IMG/VR virus record: IMGVR_UViG_3300043409_002042
Span: 26,574-90,573 of that record
Length of the DNA: 64,000 nt
Direction: 5' to 3' (one strand)
Source: a virus
In this document: in pieces, positions 1 to 10,271 of the stretch
How positions within the stretch are numbered: the stretch's first letter is position 1
Layout of the letters: each line of letters opens with the position of its first letter
Notes under the pieces: model-generated
The model's database searches: none
The model's input: only the letters and a program-made list of their open reading frames with translations
What the model was told of the DNA's origin: nothing
Position numbers and translations under genes: made by a program

Positions 1-135
1 GCTATGATTGAGTACGATCTGGCCCGTGCGCTTGGCTTGTGGATTTACGCGCTGGATCCAGCTGGGGACGGCGCCGAGCCCAGCTTGACGCTTGTGCACC
101 AGGGCGGCGACGACGTGCCAGGTCGCATCGCATGA
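1..135 (+). CDS. 3' end of a phage protein, possibly DUF4406/nucleoside deoxyribosyltransferase-like (partial)
   Basis: Frame 1 is open from the window edge (AMIEYDLARALGL...) to TGA 133-135, which overlaps the helicase ATG (ATGA). Confidence 0.45.
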   Translation, partial: AMIEYDLARALGLWIYALDPAGDGAEPSLTLVHQGGDDVPGRIA

Positions 136-1688
136 GTTTGCGCGACGCTCTTGCCGGTGTGCCCCTGCGCCAGACGGTGGTGGCCGAGCCCCAGCCAGCG
201 GCGGCCCCGAGCCTGCGCGACTATCAAGAGGACTTTGTGCATCAGGTGCGGATGGAGTACCGGAGCGGGCATAAGGCGGTGTTGCTTGTGGCAGCTACAG
301 GGGCCGGCAAGACCGTGGTGTTCAGCTACATCGCCCGTTCTGCGGCTCAAAAAGGCTCACGGGTGCTGATTCTTGCCCACCGCGACCAACTGATCAAACA
401 GGCCAGCAGAAAGCTGACCGAGAACGGGGTTCAGCACGGCATCATCATGGCTGGCTTCACCCCTGCCCCGCGCCGCCTGGTGCAGGTGGCCAGCGTGCAG
501 ACGCTGGTGCGCCGGATCGAAAAGCTCAAAGCGGTAGGCGCGACGTTCGACCTGATCGTCATCGATGAGGCTCACCTGTCGGCGGCCGCCAGCTACATGA
601 GGGTGCTGGCGGCCTGGCCAGACGCCCGAGTCTTGGGTGTGACGGGCTCGCCGATCCGCCTGGACGGCAAAGGGCTGGGTCGTCAAGCCGGGGGCTGTTT
701 TGACACCCTGGTGCAGGGGATTTCAATCCGGCAACTGATCGACCAGGGCTACCTCGTTCGCCCTCGCGTTTTCGCGTCGAAGGACGTGATCGATATGTCC
801 GGCATCAAGAAGATCGGCGGGGACTTTGACACCCATGCCGTGGCCGAGCTGATGGACAAGCCCAAGATCACCGGCGACGCGATCGCGGCGTACCGCAAGC
901 ATTGCCCCGGTGTGGGTGCCGTGGCGTGGTGCGCCAACGTCGCCCATGCGCAGCACGTGGCTGCAGAGTTCAATGCGTCCGGTATCCCGGCTGTGGCCCT
1001 GTGCGGCGAAGACGACAGCGTGGCGCGCGACAAGGCGCTGGCCGACCTGACTGCTGGCCGCATCAAAGTGATCACGTTTGCCATGCTGCTGGTCGAGGGC
1101 GTGGACTGCCCGTCGATCGGCGCCGTCATCCTTCTGCGGCCCACGATGTCGCTGTCGTCTTACCTGCAGGTGATTGGGCGCGGCCTGCGTCCGATCTTTG
1201 CGCCGGGCATGCCGCTGGACACGGCTGAGCAACGCTTCGCCGCGATTGACGCGGGCCCCAAGGGGCGGTCGTGCTTTGTGATCGACCACGCTGGTCTGAC
1301 TTTTCGCCACGGCATGGCCGACGAGGAGCGCGAGTGGTCGCTGGATGGTGCCAAGAAGAAAAAGGGCAAGAAAAAAGAGACCGATAACGTCGTGCCAGTG
1401 GCACAATGCCCCAAGTGCTTTGCAGTCTTCGAACCCGCCGATGTGTGCCCCAATTGTGGCCACGTCATGGAGAAGAAGGTGCGCAAGGGGCCCGAGCATG
1501 TCGACGGTGAGCTGACCGAGGTGACCGCCGAAATGGCGGACGCGATCCGGCGGCAGCGCCGCGCTGAGGTCTATGCGGCGAAGACGTTGGACGACTTGAA
1601 ATCAATCGGGGCGGCCAAGGGTTACAGCCCTGGCTGGGCAAAGCACATTTACGAAGCGCGCCAGCGCAAGGCAGCAAGCCGGGCCTGA
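132..1688 (+). CDS. SF2 DEAH-box helicase (UvsW/ResIII-like) with C-terminal Zn ribbon
   Basis: LRDYQ Q-motif, ATGAGKT, DEAH, TGSP, QVIGRGLR, CPKC/CPNC; start taken at ATG 132. Confidence 0.9.
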   Translation: MSLRDALAGVPLRQTVVAEPQPAAAPSLRDYQEDFVHQVRMEYRSGHKAVLLVAATGAGKTVVFSYIARSAAQKGSRVLILAHRDQLIKQASRKLTENGVQHGIIMAGFTPAPRRLVQVASVQTLVRRIEKLKAVGATFDLIVIDEAHLSAAASYMRVLAAWPDARVLGVTGSPIRLDGKGLGRQAGGCFDTLVQGISIRQLIDQGYLVRPRVFASKDVIDMSGIKKIGGDFDTHAVAELMDKPKITGDAIAAYRKHCPGVGAVAWCANVAHAQHVAAEFNASGIPAVALCGEDDSVARDKALADLTAGRIKVITFAMLLVEGVDCPSIGAVILLRPTMSLSSYLQVIGRGLRPIFAPGMPLDTAEQRFAAIDAGPKGRSCFVIDHAGLTFRHGMADEEREWSLDGAKKKKGKKKETDNVVPVAQCPKCFAVFEPADVCPNCGHVMEKKVRKGPEHVDGELTEVTAEMADAIRRQRRAEVYAAKTLDDLKSIGAAKGYSPGWAKHIYEARQRKAASRA

Positions 1689-1715
1689 GACCGGTGATTT
1701 TTTAAAGGGGAATTT

Positions 1716-2159
1716 GTGGCTTCATTTCATCAAACAATAATTGTCGGGCACCTTGGGCGGGACCCGGAAAGCCGAAACCTGCCCAGCGGCGACGCTGTGT
1801 GCAACTTTTCAGTTGCCGTCACCGAAAAGTGGAAGGACAAGGCAGGCGACACCAAAGAGCAGACCACCTGGTACCGCGTGAACGCCTTCGGGAAACTGGC
1901 AGAAATATGCGGGCAGTATCTAAAAAAGGGCAGCTTGGTCATGTTGACCGGCAAAATGCAGGCCCGAAAGTTCGAGAAGGACGGCGTTGAGCGCGAGTCC
2001 TGGGAACTCAAGGCCGACCAGCTGCAGATGCTGAGTGGCCGCGATGGCGCTGCTGGCGGCGGTGCACCTGCGCAGCGTCCAGCTGCGGCTCCTGCGGCGC
2101 GTCCGGCTGCGGCTCCTGCAGGCGGCTTTGATGACATGGACGACGATATACCATTCTAA
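1716..2159 (+). CDS. ssb: single-stranded DNA-binding protein
   Basis: IVGHLGRDPE N-terminus, acidic DDDIPF C-terminus, SD AAAGGGG. Confidence 0.95.
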   Translation: MASFHQTIIVGHLGRDPESRNLPSGDAVCNFSVAVTEKWKDKAGDTKEQTTWYRVNAFGKLAEICGQYLKKGSLVMLTGKMQARKFEKDGVERESWELKADQLQMLSGRDGAAGGGAPAQRPAAAPAARPAAAPAGGFDDMDDDIPF

Positions 2160-2173
2160 TTTTTTGTAGCATC

Positions 2174-2770
2174 ATGAGCGATTTTAACGAGCCCGGATAT
2201 GAAAAACTGGCCGCTGTCCTGCAGCGCGCATACGACCAAGCCGCCAAGGGCAAGGGCAAGGAGCGCCACGCCGCTGGCGAGCCATTCCACGAGCAGGTCA
2301 TGCAGATCATCGGAGCCCGCAAGTTTGGCGTCGGCTCCCTGCTGTGTCAGGCTTTCAAGAAGTCTGATGAGACCCAGAGCCTGCCGCTTGATCGCGGCGT
2401 GAACGAGCTCTTGGGGGCCATTGTGTACTTGGCTGGGGCTGTGATCGCGCGCGAGGCCGAGGGTGATGGCGGCGAGACGGGGATGGAGGTCCAAAGTTAC
2501 ACTGAGAGAGAAGCAGCCAGCCGCGCTATAGCACTGGCGGCTGGTTTTGTGCGCAATGAATCCACCCCTGAGGAAAGAAAACCGCAAAACGCCAAGGTGG
2601 AGAGCGACTGGATCGGTTGGTTCGGGGGTGTGATGCCGGTTCCGGCCCATCAAGCGGTACGGGTTAGATTTAGAAACGGCATAGAGAGCGTTGGTGTAGC
2701 GGGCCATCTTGACTGGGGTCATAATGACAATCCCTATGACATCGTGACCTACCGTGACCTACAAACTTGA
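2174..2770 (+). CDS. hypothetical phage protein
   Basis: 198-aa ORF tightly packed in the replication operon. Confidence 0.7.
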   Translation: MSDFNEPGYEKLAAVLQRAYDQAAKGKGKERHAAGEPFHEQVMQIIGARKFGVGSLLCQAFKKSDETQSLPLDRGVNELLGAIVYLAGAVIAREAEGDGGETGMEVQSYTEREAASRAIALAAGFVRNESTPEERKPQNAKVESDWIGWFGGVMPVPAHQAVRVRFRNGIESVGVAGHLDWGHNDNPYDIVTYRDLQT

Positions 2771-2773
2771 GCC

Positions 2774-3211
2774 ATGACCACCGAAAGCACCGTACTTCGG
2801 CAGGTCTGGCTGGCACTCGGCTCACGCTGCAGGCTTTTCCGCGTCAATACCGGCAAGGCCTGGGTGTGCCACGGGGAGCCGCGCTATTTGCGCGACGGGT
2901 CCGTGGTGCTGCCGCCCGGTAGCCGCCCGGTGCCGCTGGGGCTGAGCTATCCAAACGGCGACCCGGTGTCGGGCACGCCCGATCTGGTCGGCTGGTCCCC
3001 CGTGGTGGTCACCGCAGACATGGTTGGTCGCACGCTGCCTGTGTTCACCGGCGTGGAGGTCAAGGCATCCAGTGGCGGACGCAGGCGCGAGGCGCAGATC
3101 AATTTTGTCGAGCAGCTGATCAAGTCCGGCGGCATCGCTGGCTTCGCAAGCAGCGCCGATAGAGCACACGAAATTATTGATGCATGGCAGCGTGGAGAGT
3201 CTTCGCTTTGA
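2774..3211 (+). CDS. VRR-NUC (PD-(D/E)xK) nuclease
   Basis: LFRVNTG, GTPDLVG, GVEVK, Q..F...GGIAG motifs. Confidence 0.85.
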   Translation: MTTESTVLRQVWLALGSRCRLFRVNTGKAWVCHGEPRYLRDGSVVLPPGSRPVPLGLSYPNGDPVSGTPDLVGWSPVVVTADMVGRTLPVFTGVEVKASSGGRRREAQINFVEQLIKSGGIAGFASSADRAHEIIDAWQRGESSL

Positions 3212-3413
3212 GGTATTATCGCACCCTGCACAATTTTTCACGGCTTTGCTCGAGCGCTGAATCACCCGACTGAGCCAATGTTTTACGGGCTCCCAGGCCT
3301 GGTCTGGGAAAAGGCGCGGACGGTCCTCCCCCCGTCTGCGCCGCCCACCTTTTTTAAAAACAGGGGAGGATCGCGGGGAGGCGATGTGGTCCTGAATATT
3401 TACCGGAGCGTCT

Positions 3414-6308
3414 ATGCATGACTCCGACATGGAGCGCGCAAGGTCTGCGCTGGCTTACCTCAATCCTGCTGATCGCACGCTGTGGGTGCGCGTAGCATTT
3501 GCGCTTAAATCGGAATTTGGCGACGCCGCGTTTGAGGTCTTTGACAGCTGGGGGTTCGACTCCTACCCGCGGCCTCAGAAAGAGGTTCGGGCGACGTGGA
3601 AGTCGGCAAGCGAGGGCGGATCGGTCACGATCGGCACGCTCTTTTGGGAGGCCAAGCAGGCCGGATGGAAGGACGACAGCAAGCGCACCAAGCCAAGTGC
3701 TGCTGACCTGGTCGCGCGCCGTGAGTCCGCCGAGCGCCGCCGCGCTGAGTACGAGCGCCAAGAGGCCGAGCAGCACGCTGATGCCGCTGATCGCGCGCGG
3801 TCAATCTGGGAGGCGTCACAGCCCTGTGACGCGCATGATTACCTGGATCGGAAAGCGGTGCAGTCACACGGCTTGCGCGTGGGTCGCTGGGATAAAATAG
3901 ACGGCGATACGGGCGAGATACTAGGTCATGTCGACGGGGTCTTGATGATCCCCATCATGGACCGCACGCGCAAAATCTGGAGCCTGCAGGGCATCGCGCC
4001 CGACGGGTCCAAGCTTTACCTGACGGGCGGTGCCAAGCGCGGCAATTTCTACGCGCTGGGCTCTCGTCCTCAAGCCAGCGGCGACGGTGCGCCGATCTTC
4101 GTGCTTGGAGAGGGCTATGCCACGTGCGCCAGCGTGCATGCAGCGACCGGTCACATGGTGCTGGTCTGCTTTGATACATCCAATCTTCTGCCCGTGGCCA
4201 AAGCCTTGCGCGAGCGCCTGCCAGCGGCCGTGATCTTGTTTGCTGCAGACAACGACGAGGCCGGCATCGATGAGCGCCTGGCTCGCGCAATTGAGCGTGG
4301 TGCTCACGATCCGGTTTGGGGCAGCACCAGCGGGGCTCGGTCGGTCGCCGTCACGGGAAGCGATGGCCGCCAGATTGTGATCGACAACCCGGGTATCGTT
4401 GCTGCGCGCGCGGCCGCGTCCGCTGTTTCTGGCCTGGTGGCCGTGCCTCCACCTGGAGACTTCAACGACTTGCAGGCCAGCGAGGGCCTGGAGGCCGTGG
4501 CTGGCGTGATTGATGCTGCGTTGGGCCCGGCCCCGGCCCCAGATCCCGATCCTGTTCCTCCACCAGATGACGACGACAGCGAGATTGCGTTTGACGACCT
4601 GCCTCCCCAGGCGCCGGTGGCAAGCGCCGAAATGCCGCCAGATGATGTCCCGCCCGGTGATGATATTCAGGAGGCCGACGGCTTTGCGGTCTTGGGCTAC
4701 GACCTGGACGAGTACTACATCTACCACAAGGCCAAGCAGCAGGTGATTGTGCGCCGCCGCTCCGACTTTGGCCCCACTGGGCTGGTGGAGCTGGCCCCAC
4801 TGAACTGGTGGGAGATGTTCTTTCCCTCGGCCAAGCGCGATGGCGGCGTCAATTGCACGATGGCAGCCGAGTGGCTTTTCGGCGTTGCCCACCGCCGTGG
4901 CATCTACGACGCCAGCCGCACGCGTGGGCGCGGGGCTTGGCGCGACAACCGCCGGATGGTGTTTCATCACGGCGACCACCTGACGGTGGATGGCGAGAGC
5001 TGTGGACTGTCCGAGATCAAAAGCAGTTTTGTGTACCAGATGGCACGGCCCATGCCTGCGCTGTCGGCCACTCCCGCAACGGATACCGATGGTCAGTACC
5101 TGCTGGACGTAGCCAAGATGGCGCGCTGGCAAAAGCCGGGCAGCTCGCTGATGCTGGTCGGCTGGGCGTTCCTGAGCCCTGTGTGCGGGTCACTCAAATG
5201 GCGGCCGCACATCTGGCTCACGGGCCCTGCTGGATCGGGCAAATCAAGCATTCAGTCGTCATTCCTTAATCCGCTCGTGCGCGGCATCGCGCGCAGTTTC
5301 CAGGGTGACTCGACCGAGCCTGGCATCCGGCAAAACCTGCAGGCCGACGCCATCCCCGTGATCATTGACGAGGCCGAGCCGAATGACGAGGCCGACAGGA
5401 AGCGGGTCGCCGCCATCCTGCGCATGATCCGGCAGGCCAGCTCGGAGAGCGAGGCCGAGACGGCCAAGGGCACCGTGTCCGGCGAGGGCGTGCACTACCA
5501 CATTCGCTCGATGTTTTGCCTGGCCTCGATCTCGACGATGCTGGACAAAGACAGCGACCTGAGCCGCGTCACGCCCCTGCAGCTGCGCGGTCCGGCCAAA
5601 TCGGGCGACACCGAGGACCATTGGCCCGAGCTCGAGGCGGAGCTGACAAAGATCGACGAGGACTCGACCTGGCCCCAGCGCCTGCTTGCTCGAGCGCTGG
5701 GCATGATGCCCACGATCTTAGCCACCGTCAAAGTGTTCACCACCGTGGCCGCCAAGAAGTTCGGGAGCCAGCGCCGCGGCGACCAGTTCGGGACCCTGGT
5801 CGCTGGGTCCTGGTGCTTGACGCGCTCTGACGTTCCAAGCGAGGCCGAAGCGAAGGCTTTGCTGGACTCCTACGACTGGCGCGACCACTCAACCGAAGGT
5901 GACCCAGACGATCCGCACCGGGCTCTGTCCGCGATCATGTCCTCGCTCATCCGAGTGGGCACGTCGGACGTCACCGTGCACGAGCTGGTGGCTGAGGCTG
6001 CGGGCTATCTGAGCGGCAGTACCAGCGTTGGCGCAGAGGCCGCGACGGACGTGCTCAAGCGCCACGGCATGCGCATCATGGGCGACAGCCTGGTGTTTGG
6101 GGTCACAGCCGACAACCTCAAGAAACTGACGTCAAAGACGGCCTACGCCACCGACCTTCGCGGCCAGTTGATGCGGCTGCCGGGGGCAACCAATTTTGGC
6201 AACAAAACGCTGAAATTCTCGGGGTGCACGACCAAGTGCGTGGCGGTCCCCCTGGGCCTGGTGATCGACGCGCTGCAGGCGTCGGCGTCTGACGAGGCCC
6301 CTATTTGA
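3414..6308 (+). CDS. primase-helicase (PriCT-2 + TOPRIM + P-loop helicase)
   Basis: N-terminal PriCT-2-like (WVRVAFALK..FDSW..TIGTLF), EGYAT and ADND TOPRIM motifs, DFND, GPAGSGKS Walker A, IIDEAE Walker B. Confidence 0.85.
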   Translation: MHDSDMERARSALAYLNPADRTLWVRVAFALKSEFGDAAFEVFDSWGFDSYPRPQKEVRATWKSASEGGSVTIGTLFWEAKQAGWKDDSKRTKPSAADLVARRESAERRRAEYERQEAEQHADAADRARSIWEASQPCDAHDYLDRKAVQSHGLRVGRWDKIDGDTGEILGHVDGVLMIPIMDRTRKIWSLQGIAPDGSKLYLTGGAKRGNFYALGSRPQASGDGAPIFVLGEGYATCASVHAATGHMVLVCFDTSNLLPVAKALRERLPAAVILFAADNDEAGIDERLARAIERGAHDPVWGSTSGARSVAVTGSDGRQIVIDNPGIVAARAAASAVSGLVAVPPPGDFNDLQASEGLEAVAGVIDAALGPAPAPDPDPVPPPDDDDSEIAFDDLPPQAPVASAEMPPDDVPPGDDIQEADGFAVLGYDLDEYYIYHKAKQQVIVRRRSDFGPTGLVELAPLNWWEMFFPSAKRDGGVNCTMAAEWLFGVAHRRGIYDASRTRGRGAWRDNRRMVFHHGDHLTVDGESCGLSEIKSSFVYQMARPMPALSATPATDTDGQYLLDVAKMARWQKPGSSLMLVGWAFLSPVCGSLKWRPHIWLTGPAGSGKSSIQSSFLNPLVRGIARSFQGDSTEPGIRQNLQADAIPVIIDEAEPNDEADRKRVAAILRMIRQASSESEAETAKGTVSGEGVHYHIRSMFCLASISTMLDKDSDLSRVTPLQLRGPAKSGDTEDHWPELEAELTKIDEDSTWPQRLLARALGMMPTILATVKVFTTVAAKKFGSQRRGDQFGTLVAGSWCLTRSDVPSEAEAKALLDSYDWRDHSTEGDPDDPHRALSAIMSSLIRVGTSDVTVHELVAEAAGYLSGSTSVGAEAATDVLKRHGMRIMGDSLVFGVTADNLKKLTSKTAYATDLRGQLMRLPGATNFGNKTLKFSGCTTKCVAVPLGLVIDALQASASDEAPI

Positions 6309-6693
6309 ACGCTCGCAGGATCTGCGAGAATGGGTTGTCTGCGGCCGTTTTGCCCGACCGCCGGAGCCTTTGGCGCGCTGCGATGATCTCTTTGTTTGCC
6401 TCTCTGTAGCGCTTGTTGGCCGCTTTTTGGCGGTCCACGAGACGTGGCTTCTCTGCGTCTTTTCCGGGGCCTGCGGCATAGACCGCCTGGGGCTTGCCGC
6501 CTTTCCCCCGCATGGGCCGGTATTCGACGATGTGCAGCTTTTCTGCTCCGCGCTGTTGGCGCTCCCAATAAATTGACGCCTGTACCGTGTTGCGTTTTTT
6601 TCCCAGGTATTCGGAGAGTTCGTCTTTCGTCATGGGCGAGACGGTCGACAAGACGTCGATGATGGCGTTGATGGTTTCGGGCTTGCTTGCCAT
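6301..6693 (-). CDS. putative winged-HTH DNA-binding protein
   Basis: Start ATG 6693 (MASKPETI); PMTKDELSEYLGKKRNTV is HTH-like; basic C-terminus. Confidence 0.55.
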   Translation of the reverse strand: MASKPETINAIIDVLSTVSPMTKDELSEYLGKKRNTVQASIYWERQQRGAEKLHIVEYRPMRGKGGKPQAVYAAGPGKDAEKPRLVDRQKAANKRYREANKEIIAARQRLRRSGKTAADNPFSQILRAFK

Positions 6694-6751
6694 TTTTACT
6701 GCTTTTTGGCAAAAAAGGCCCGGGTGGGCCTGGGTTTTGTGGGTTGATGAT

Positions 6752-7686
6752 TTACGGGGTTTCGTTCCATTCGCGGCCATCGAGCGCACGGCCTGCGGCT
6801 TTTTTGCCGACGCGGTAAACACCGATGTAGCTTTCAGGCCCATTCGGCTGATGGAATGGAACCACGCGGCCATCAGCGGTTAGCTTCGACGTGGTGCGCT
6901 TGATTGAAGCGTGTACCGGCTGATCAAGGTTTGCGTGTCTCTCATCAACCCACTCCCCCCACTGCTTGAACAGGAACGGCACGCCTGCAGCCTGGCACTG
7001 ATCGCGCAAGCTGCGCACCCAGACTGGGTTCATCGGGCGCGCTTGTGGGCCGCTTTCGCCGCCGACGATCACCCAATCGATTTCTTCGAGAGCGTTGCTA
7101 TGATCTCGCATGTCATTTTGGTTTGCGAACAAACCCTCACAAATGACACCGGCCCCAGCAGCGGCTCCATGCTCAGGAACCGCTTCACAGCGGGAACGGC
7201 CAACAGCTTCGGGATGTCCCGGTAGGCTTCCTTTTGGTTGCAGATCGTCGCGCCAAGCCAGACGTTCGACCACGGCTCACGCCATGAGCGCATGATGTCG
7301 CTGCACGCATCGTTAATCATCGACTCAGCGTTGCCGATTCGCTTAGTCAAAAGTAGCCAGTCCAGATGTGGCGTGTCCTCTATCAGTTGGAATAAATCGG
7401 CACGCCATTGACCCGGCACGGCGTTGTCAAACACATCGGACAGCGATGCGCAAAACACCCTGTACCGCACGCCCAAGCGCTCGGCCTCGGCGTTCCACTT
7501 GATCGGCTGCTTCCAGTTGGCTTCGCTGGTACGCTTGCGCGGCTGTCCAGCGCCCCATGTGACGCCCTGAAGCTTTGCGGGCATGCTCTTTTCTGCGTAG
7601 CAGTTGTCGCAGGCTGGGCTGACCTTCGTGCACCCGATCCATGGATTAAAAGAATGGTGGCACCATTCGATTTTGGTGTCTTTCAT
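6752..7686 (-). pseudogene. Gp37/Gp68 (DUF5131) family protein split by a frameshift near 7140
   Basis: N-half TKIEWC..NPWIGCTKVSPACDNCYA...[10 protein letters not shown] and C-half [11 protein letters not shown]...FLFKQWG lie in different frames. Confidence 0.75.
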
Positions 7687-7913
7687 GCGTTTCCTTTCTT
7701 TGCCGACCTGGTGGCCTCACGCTTGAGGCGTTTCTGCTCGTCTATTGCGGCGTTGTGCGCCTCAATTTCCGCCGTGTTGTGCACCGGGCGCTGTGCCCAT
7801 GCGTGGGGCTTGCGCGGTGGCTTTACAGGTATCCGGCGTGGTGCTGTGGCAGCCATGAATTCAGGATCGCTGACCATCGCCAGTACGGCGGTGGCTAAGA
7901 GGCCGCGCATCAT
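7683..7913 (-). CDS. hypothetical protein
   Basis: ATGA overlaps with both neighbours; MMRGLLATAV start. Confidence 0.55.
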   Translation of the reverse strand: MMRGLLATAVLAMVSDPEFMAATAPRRIPVKPPRKPHAWAQRPVHNTAEIEAHNAAIDEQKRLKREATRSAKKGNA

Positions 7914-8878
7914 GCCTCGCCCCCTTCCTTGGGTGCGGCTGGCAGGGGCATCCAATAAATATTGATTGCTGTGTGGGGTTCTTTTGCCCACTGGCAAATC
8001 TCGCTTCCCAGCCAGTAATCCGGTCGTACATCGCCCCTGCTGTCGCAAACAATGATCCACCTGCCATCCTTCGGAGCTGTCTTGATGGTCTGCCACCCAT
8101 CCTGCACCGTCGCTGGCTTGGTTTCTGCCGCTGACTGCGCTGTGATGCCGTGGGCATCGCTTTTAATTGATGCGGCAAACGCATTTAGCTGATAGTGTCT
8201 TGCCTCCCAAAACCCGCTCAAGCCGTGCCATTTCATGCCAACTTTTAAAGCCAACTCATCAACTGGCAGCACGGGCACCGCTGGGGCCGTATAGGCGGGT
8301 GGGGTGGTGTATAGGTCGGCAGCTTTAAACCAACGGGCATCACAGTCCGTAATATAGCCCGTCATGGTGATGCGGGTGCGTCCGGTCTCGCCATTTTGCC
8401 AAAGTGTCGCCACTGGCTCCTGCACAAGTGTTGGTATTTCCCCCTTCACGATCCAGTCTGCGACATCATCGAAATAGTCAGGCAGGTCGCCAATGACGCA
8501 AAGCGTTTTGATGGCGTCTGCAATGTCCATCTTGCTCAGTGGGGCGTCTGGCTCGGTGGTGGGCTGTGCACCCTGTTGGTTCGCGGCCAGCCATTCGCCC
8601 ATCATCTTGCCCACGTCTGCCCAGTTGTCGGCATGGCGTTCAATCAGGTGGTAGGCGATTCCGCCATCCATGCCCGCCCATTCTTGGCTGTTTGTTGGGA
8701 CTGTTGGCTTTGCTGGCTCCACGTACTCCACCAGCTGCACCGCCCGGTGGGGGGCGTTGCTGGGATGGTGTCGGTTTGCTGATTGCGCCTCTTGCTCAGC
8801 GTCCTGTTTGTCGTTGCACGGCGTTGTCATGCCGTGCTTGTCCACGCAGTACCAGCGCGGTGTTGTTGCTTGTGTCAT
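7910..8878 (-). CDS. modular early phage protein with C-terminal DUF551-like domain
   Basis: WQTIKTAPKDG...WMPLPAAP C-terminus; SD GAGGAG. Confidence 0.7.
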   Translation of the reverse strand: MTQATTPRWYCVDKHGMTTPCNDKQDAEQEAQSANRHHPSNAPHRAVQLVEYVEPAKPTVPTNSQEWAGMDGGIAYHLIERHADNWADVGKMMGEWLAANQQGAQPTTEPDAPLSKMDIADAIKTLCVIGDLPDYFDDVADWIVKGEIPTLVQEPVATLWQNGETGRTRITMTGYITDCDARWFKAADLYTTPPAYTAPAVPVLPVDELALKVGMKWHGLSGFWEARHYQLNAFAASIKSDAHGITAQSAAETKPATVQDGWQTIKTAPKDGRWIIVCDSRGDVRPDYWLGSEICQWAKEPHTAINIYWMPLPAAPKEGGEA

Positions 8879-9008
8879 TTCTTCTCCTCATTTGTTGGAT
8901 AAGGGTCTTGTCCAGCATCAATGCAGTCAAGTACACGTAAAAGCTCTTGCTTTTGAGCCTCCCAGGCGGCGTCCCTAGCAGCGTCCCCTGTGTCTAAGTC
9001 AATCCAAT

Positions 9009-9317
9009 TCATTTCCGCCCCCCTTCGCACCGCTTCTTGATGCTCTCAGGCACGTCCGGGTGCCAGCCGCCGATCAAAGACGAGCAGTCGAACACGGGGC
9101 GTGGCTTGGCGAAGAAAATTGCCACCACCAATGCGGCCACCAAGACGGCGCAGCAAACCAGCGCCAGCGCCCAAATCAGCAGCTTGGTCTGTCGCTGCTC
9201 CGGGTGGTCTTCGACTTGCCGCACCAGTTGCCGGTGTGCGACGCAGCCGATGGCATCGGTGCATCCGCTTGTTGAGCAGTGCTCGCCGCACCGATTGAGC
9301 TCGTTTGTGTTTTGCAT
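9009..9317 (-). CDS. hypothetical membrane protein
   Basis: One hydrophobic segment (LLIWALALVCCAVLVAALVVAIFFA); SD AAGGAG. Confidence 0.65.
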   Translation of the reverse strand: MQNTNELNRCGEHCSTSGCTDAIGCVAHRQLVRQVEDHPEQRQTKLLIWALALVCCAVLVAALVVAIFFAKPRPVFDCSSLIGGWHPDVPESIKKRCEGGRK

Positions 9318-9444
9318 ATTTCTCCTTGGTTTGAGGGTTAAAAAGGTGCAGGCGGGATTTGATCGCGCAGCTTGCCCTGGTATTCGCTCTCTTGCGCTGG
9401 CGTCCAGGGCACGGGGCCACCTGGTGGGGTGAAGGGCCAGGTGG

Positions 9445-9786
9445 TCATGGCTTCTTGCTGTTCTCTTCGAGCATGATTCTTTTTACGTGCTGGTTTGCAG
9501 CTTCGTTGTAAACCGCGCCATTTCTTGCAATTAAGCCGTCCCAGACGTAAAACTGTTTTTCACCAATGCCTGGATATTCAAACGTTTTTAGGATGTACCT
9601 TTGCGTTGGATGTGCTGGCCTGGTTTTGCGATTTACATCGAACGATTTTCCAAAAACATCGGTGCTCTCGTATTTTGTGAAAAAATCCAACGGAACACGA
9701 ACGATCAGCTCGATTTCTCGCCCCTGTAGGTCAATTGTTTGGCCGTTGGACTCCCCTCCAATAATGTGGATGGTGTCGTTTTTCAC
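9445..9786 (-). CDS. hypothetical protein
   Basis: GTG start overlapping the upstream stop; AT-richer ORF. Confidence 0.55.
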   Translation of the reverse strand: MKNDTIHIIGGESNGQTIDLQGREIELIVRVPLDFFTKYESTDVFGKSFDVNRKTRPAHPTQRYILKTFEYPGIGEKQFYVWDGLIARNGAVYNEAANQHVKRIMLEENSKKP

Positions 9787-10271
9787 GCCGACACCCACTC
9801 GCTCTTGTGCACCGTTTCGGTCCACTCCAGATTAACTTGGACGTGGTGTCCGCACCACAGGAACTCCCGCATCTCTGGCGTGCGGCGACGGTGGAGGTGT
9901 TTGGCGGGAGTGACCTTCCACCGGGTTTCGTCACCGATGAAGTGCATGGTGTGGTCGGGGTCTATGGCGCAGCGGCCGTCGCGGATGTAGCGGGGCCAGA
10001 AGGTGGGGTCTATTTCGTTTGGTGAATTAAGCGCCCATGTTTTTGCCCTTGCGCCGTGTCCAAGCACTTCCCTTAAATGGGATCCTGAAATCCAGCGGCC
10101 ATCGTGCAAAATTCCGATGTATAAGTGCTTCTGGAATTCGCCTGATGGTTTTGTTGCCACAATCTGATGCGCTGTGGTCTTCCAATTTCTGCGGATCCAC
10201 GCATGCAGGTTCGGGCTGTACTTTGGCCCCAGCCTGGGGTCGATCAATGGTAGGAGTTCGCGGGCGATCAT
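9783..10271 (-). CDS. hypothetical phage protein
   Basis: Start MIARELL overlaps the upstream stop; GRCAIDPDH motif. Confidence 0.6.
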   Translation of the reverse strand: MIARELLPLIDPRLGPKYSPNLHAWIRRNWKTTAHQIVATKPSGEFQKHLYIGILHDGRWISGSHLREVLGHGARAKTWALNSPNEIDPTFWPRYIRDGRCAIDPDHTMHFIGDETRWKVTPAKHLHRRRTPEMREFLWCGHHVQVNLEWTETVHKSEWVSA

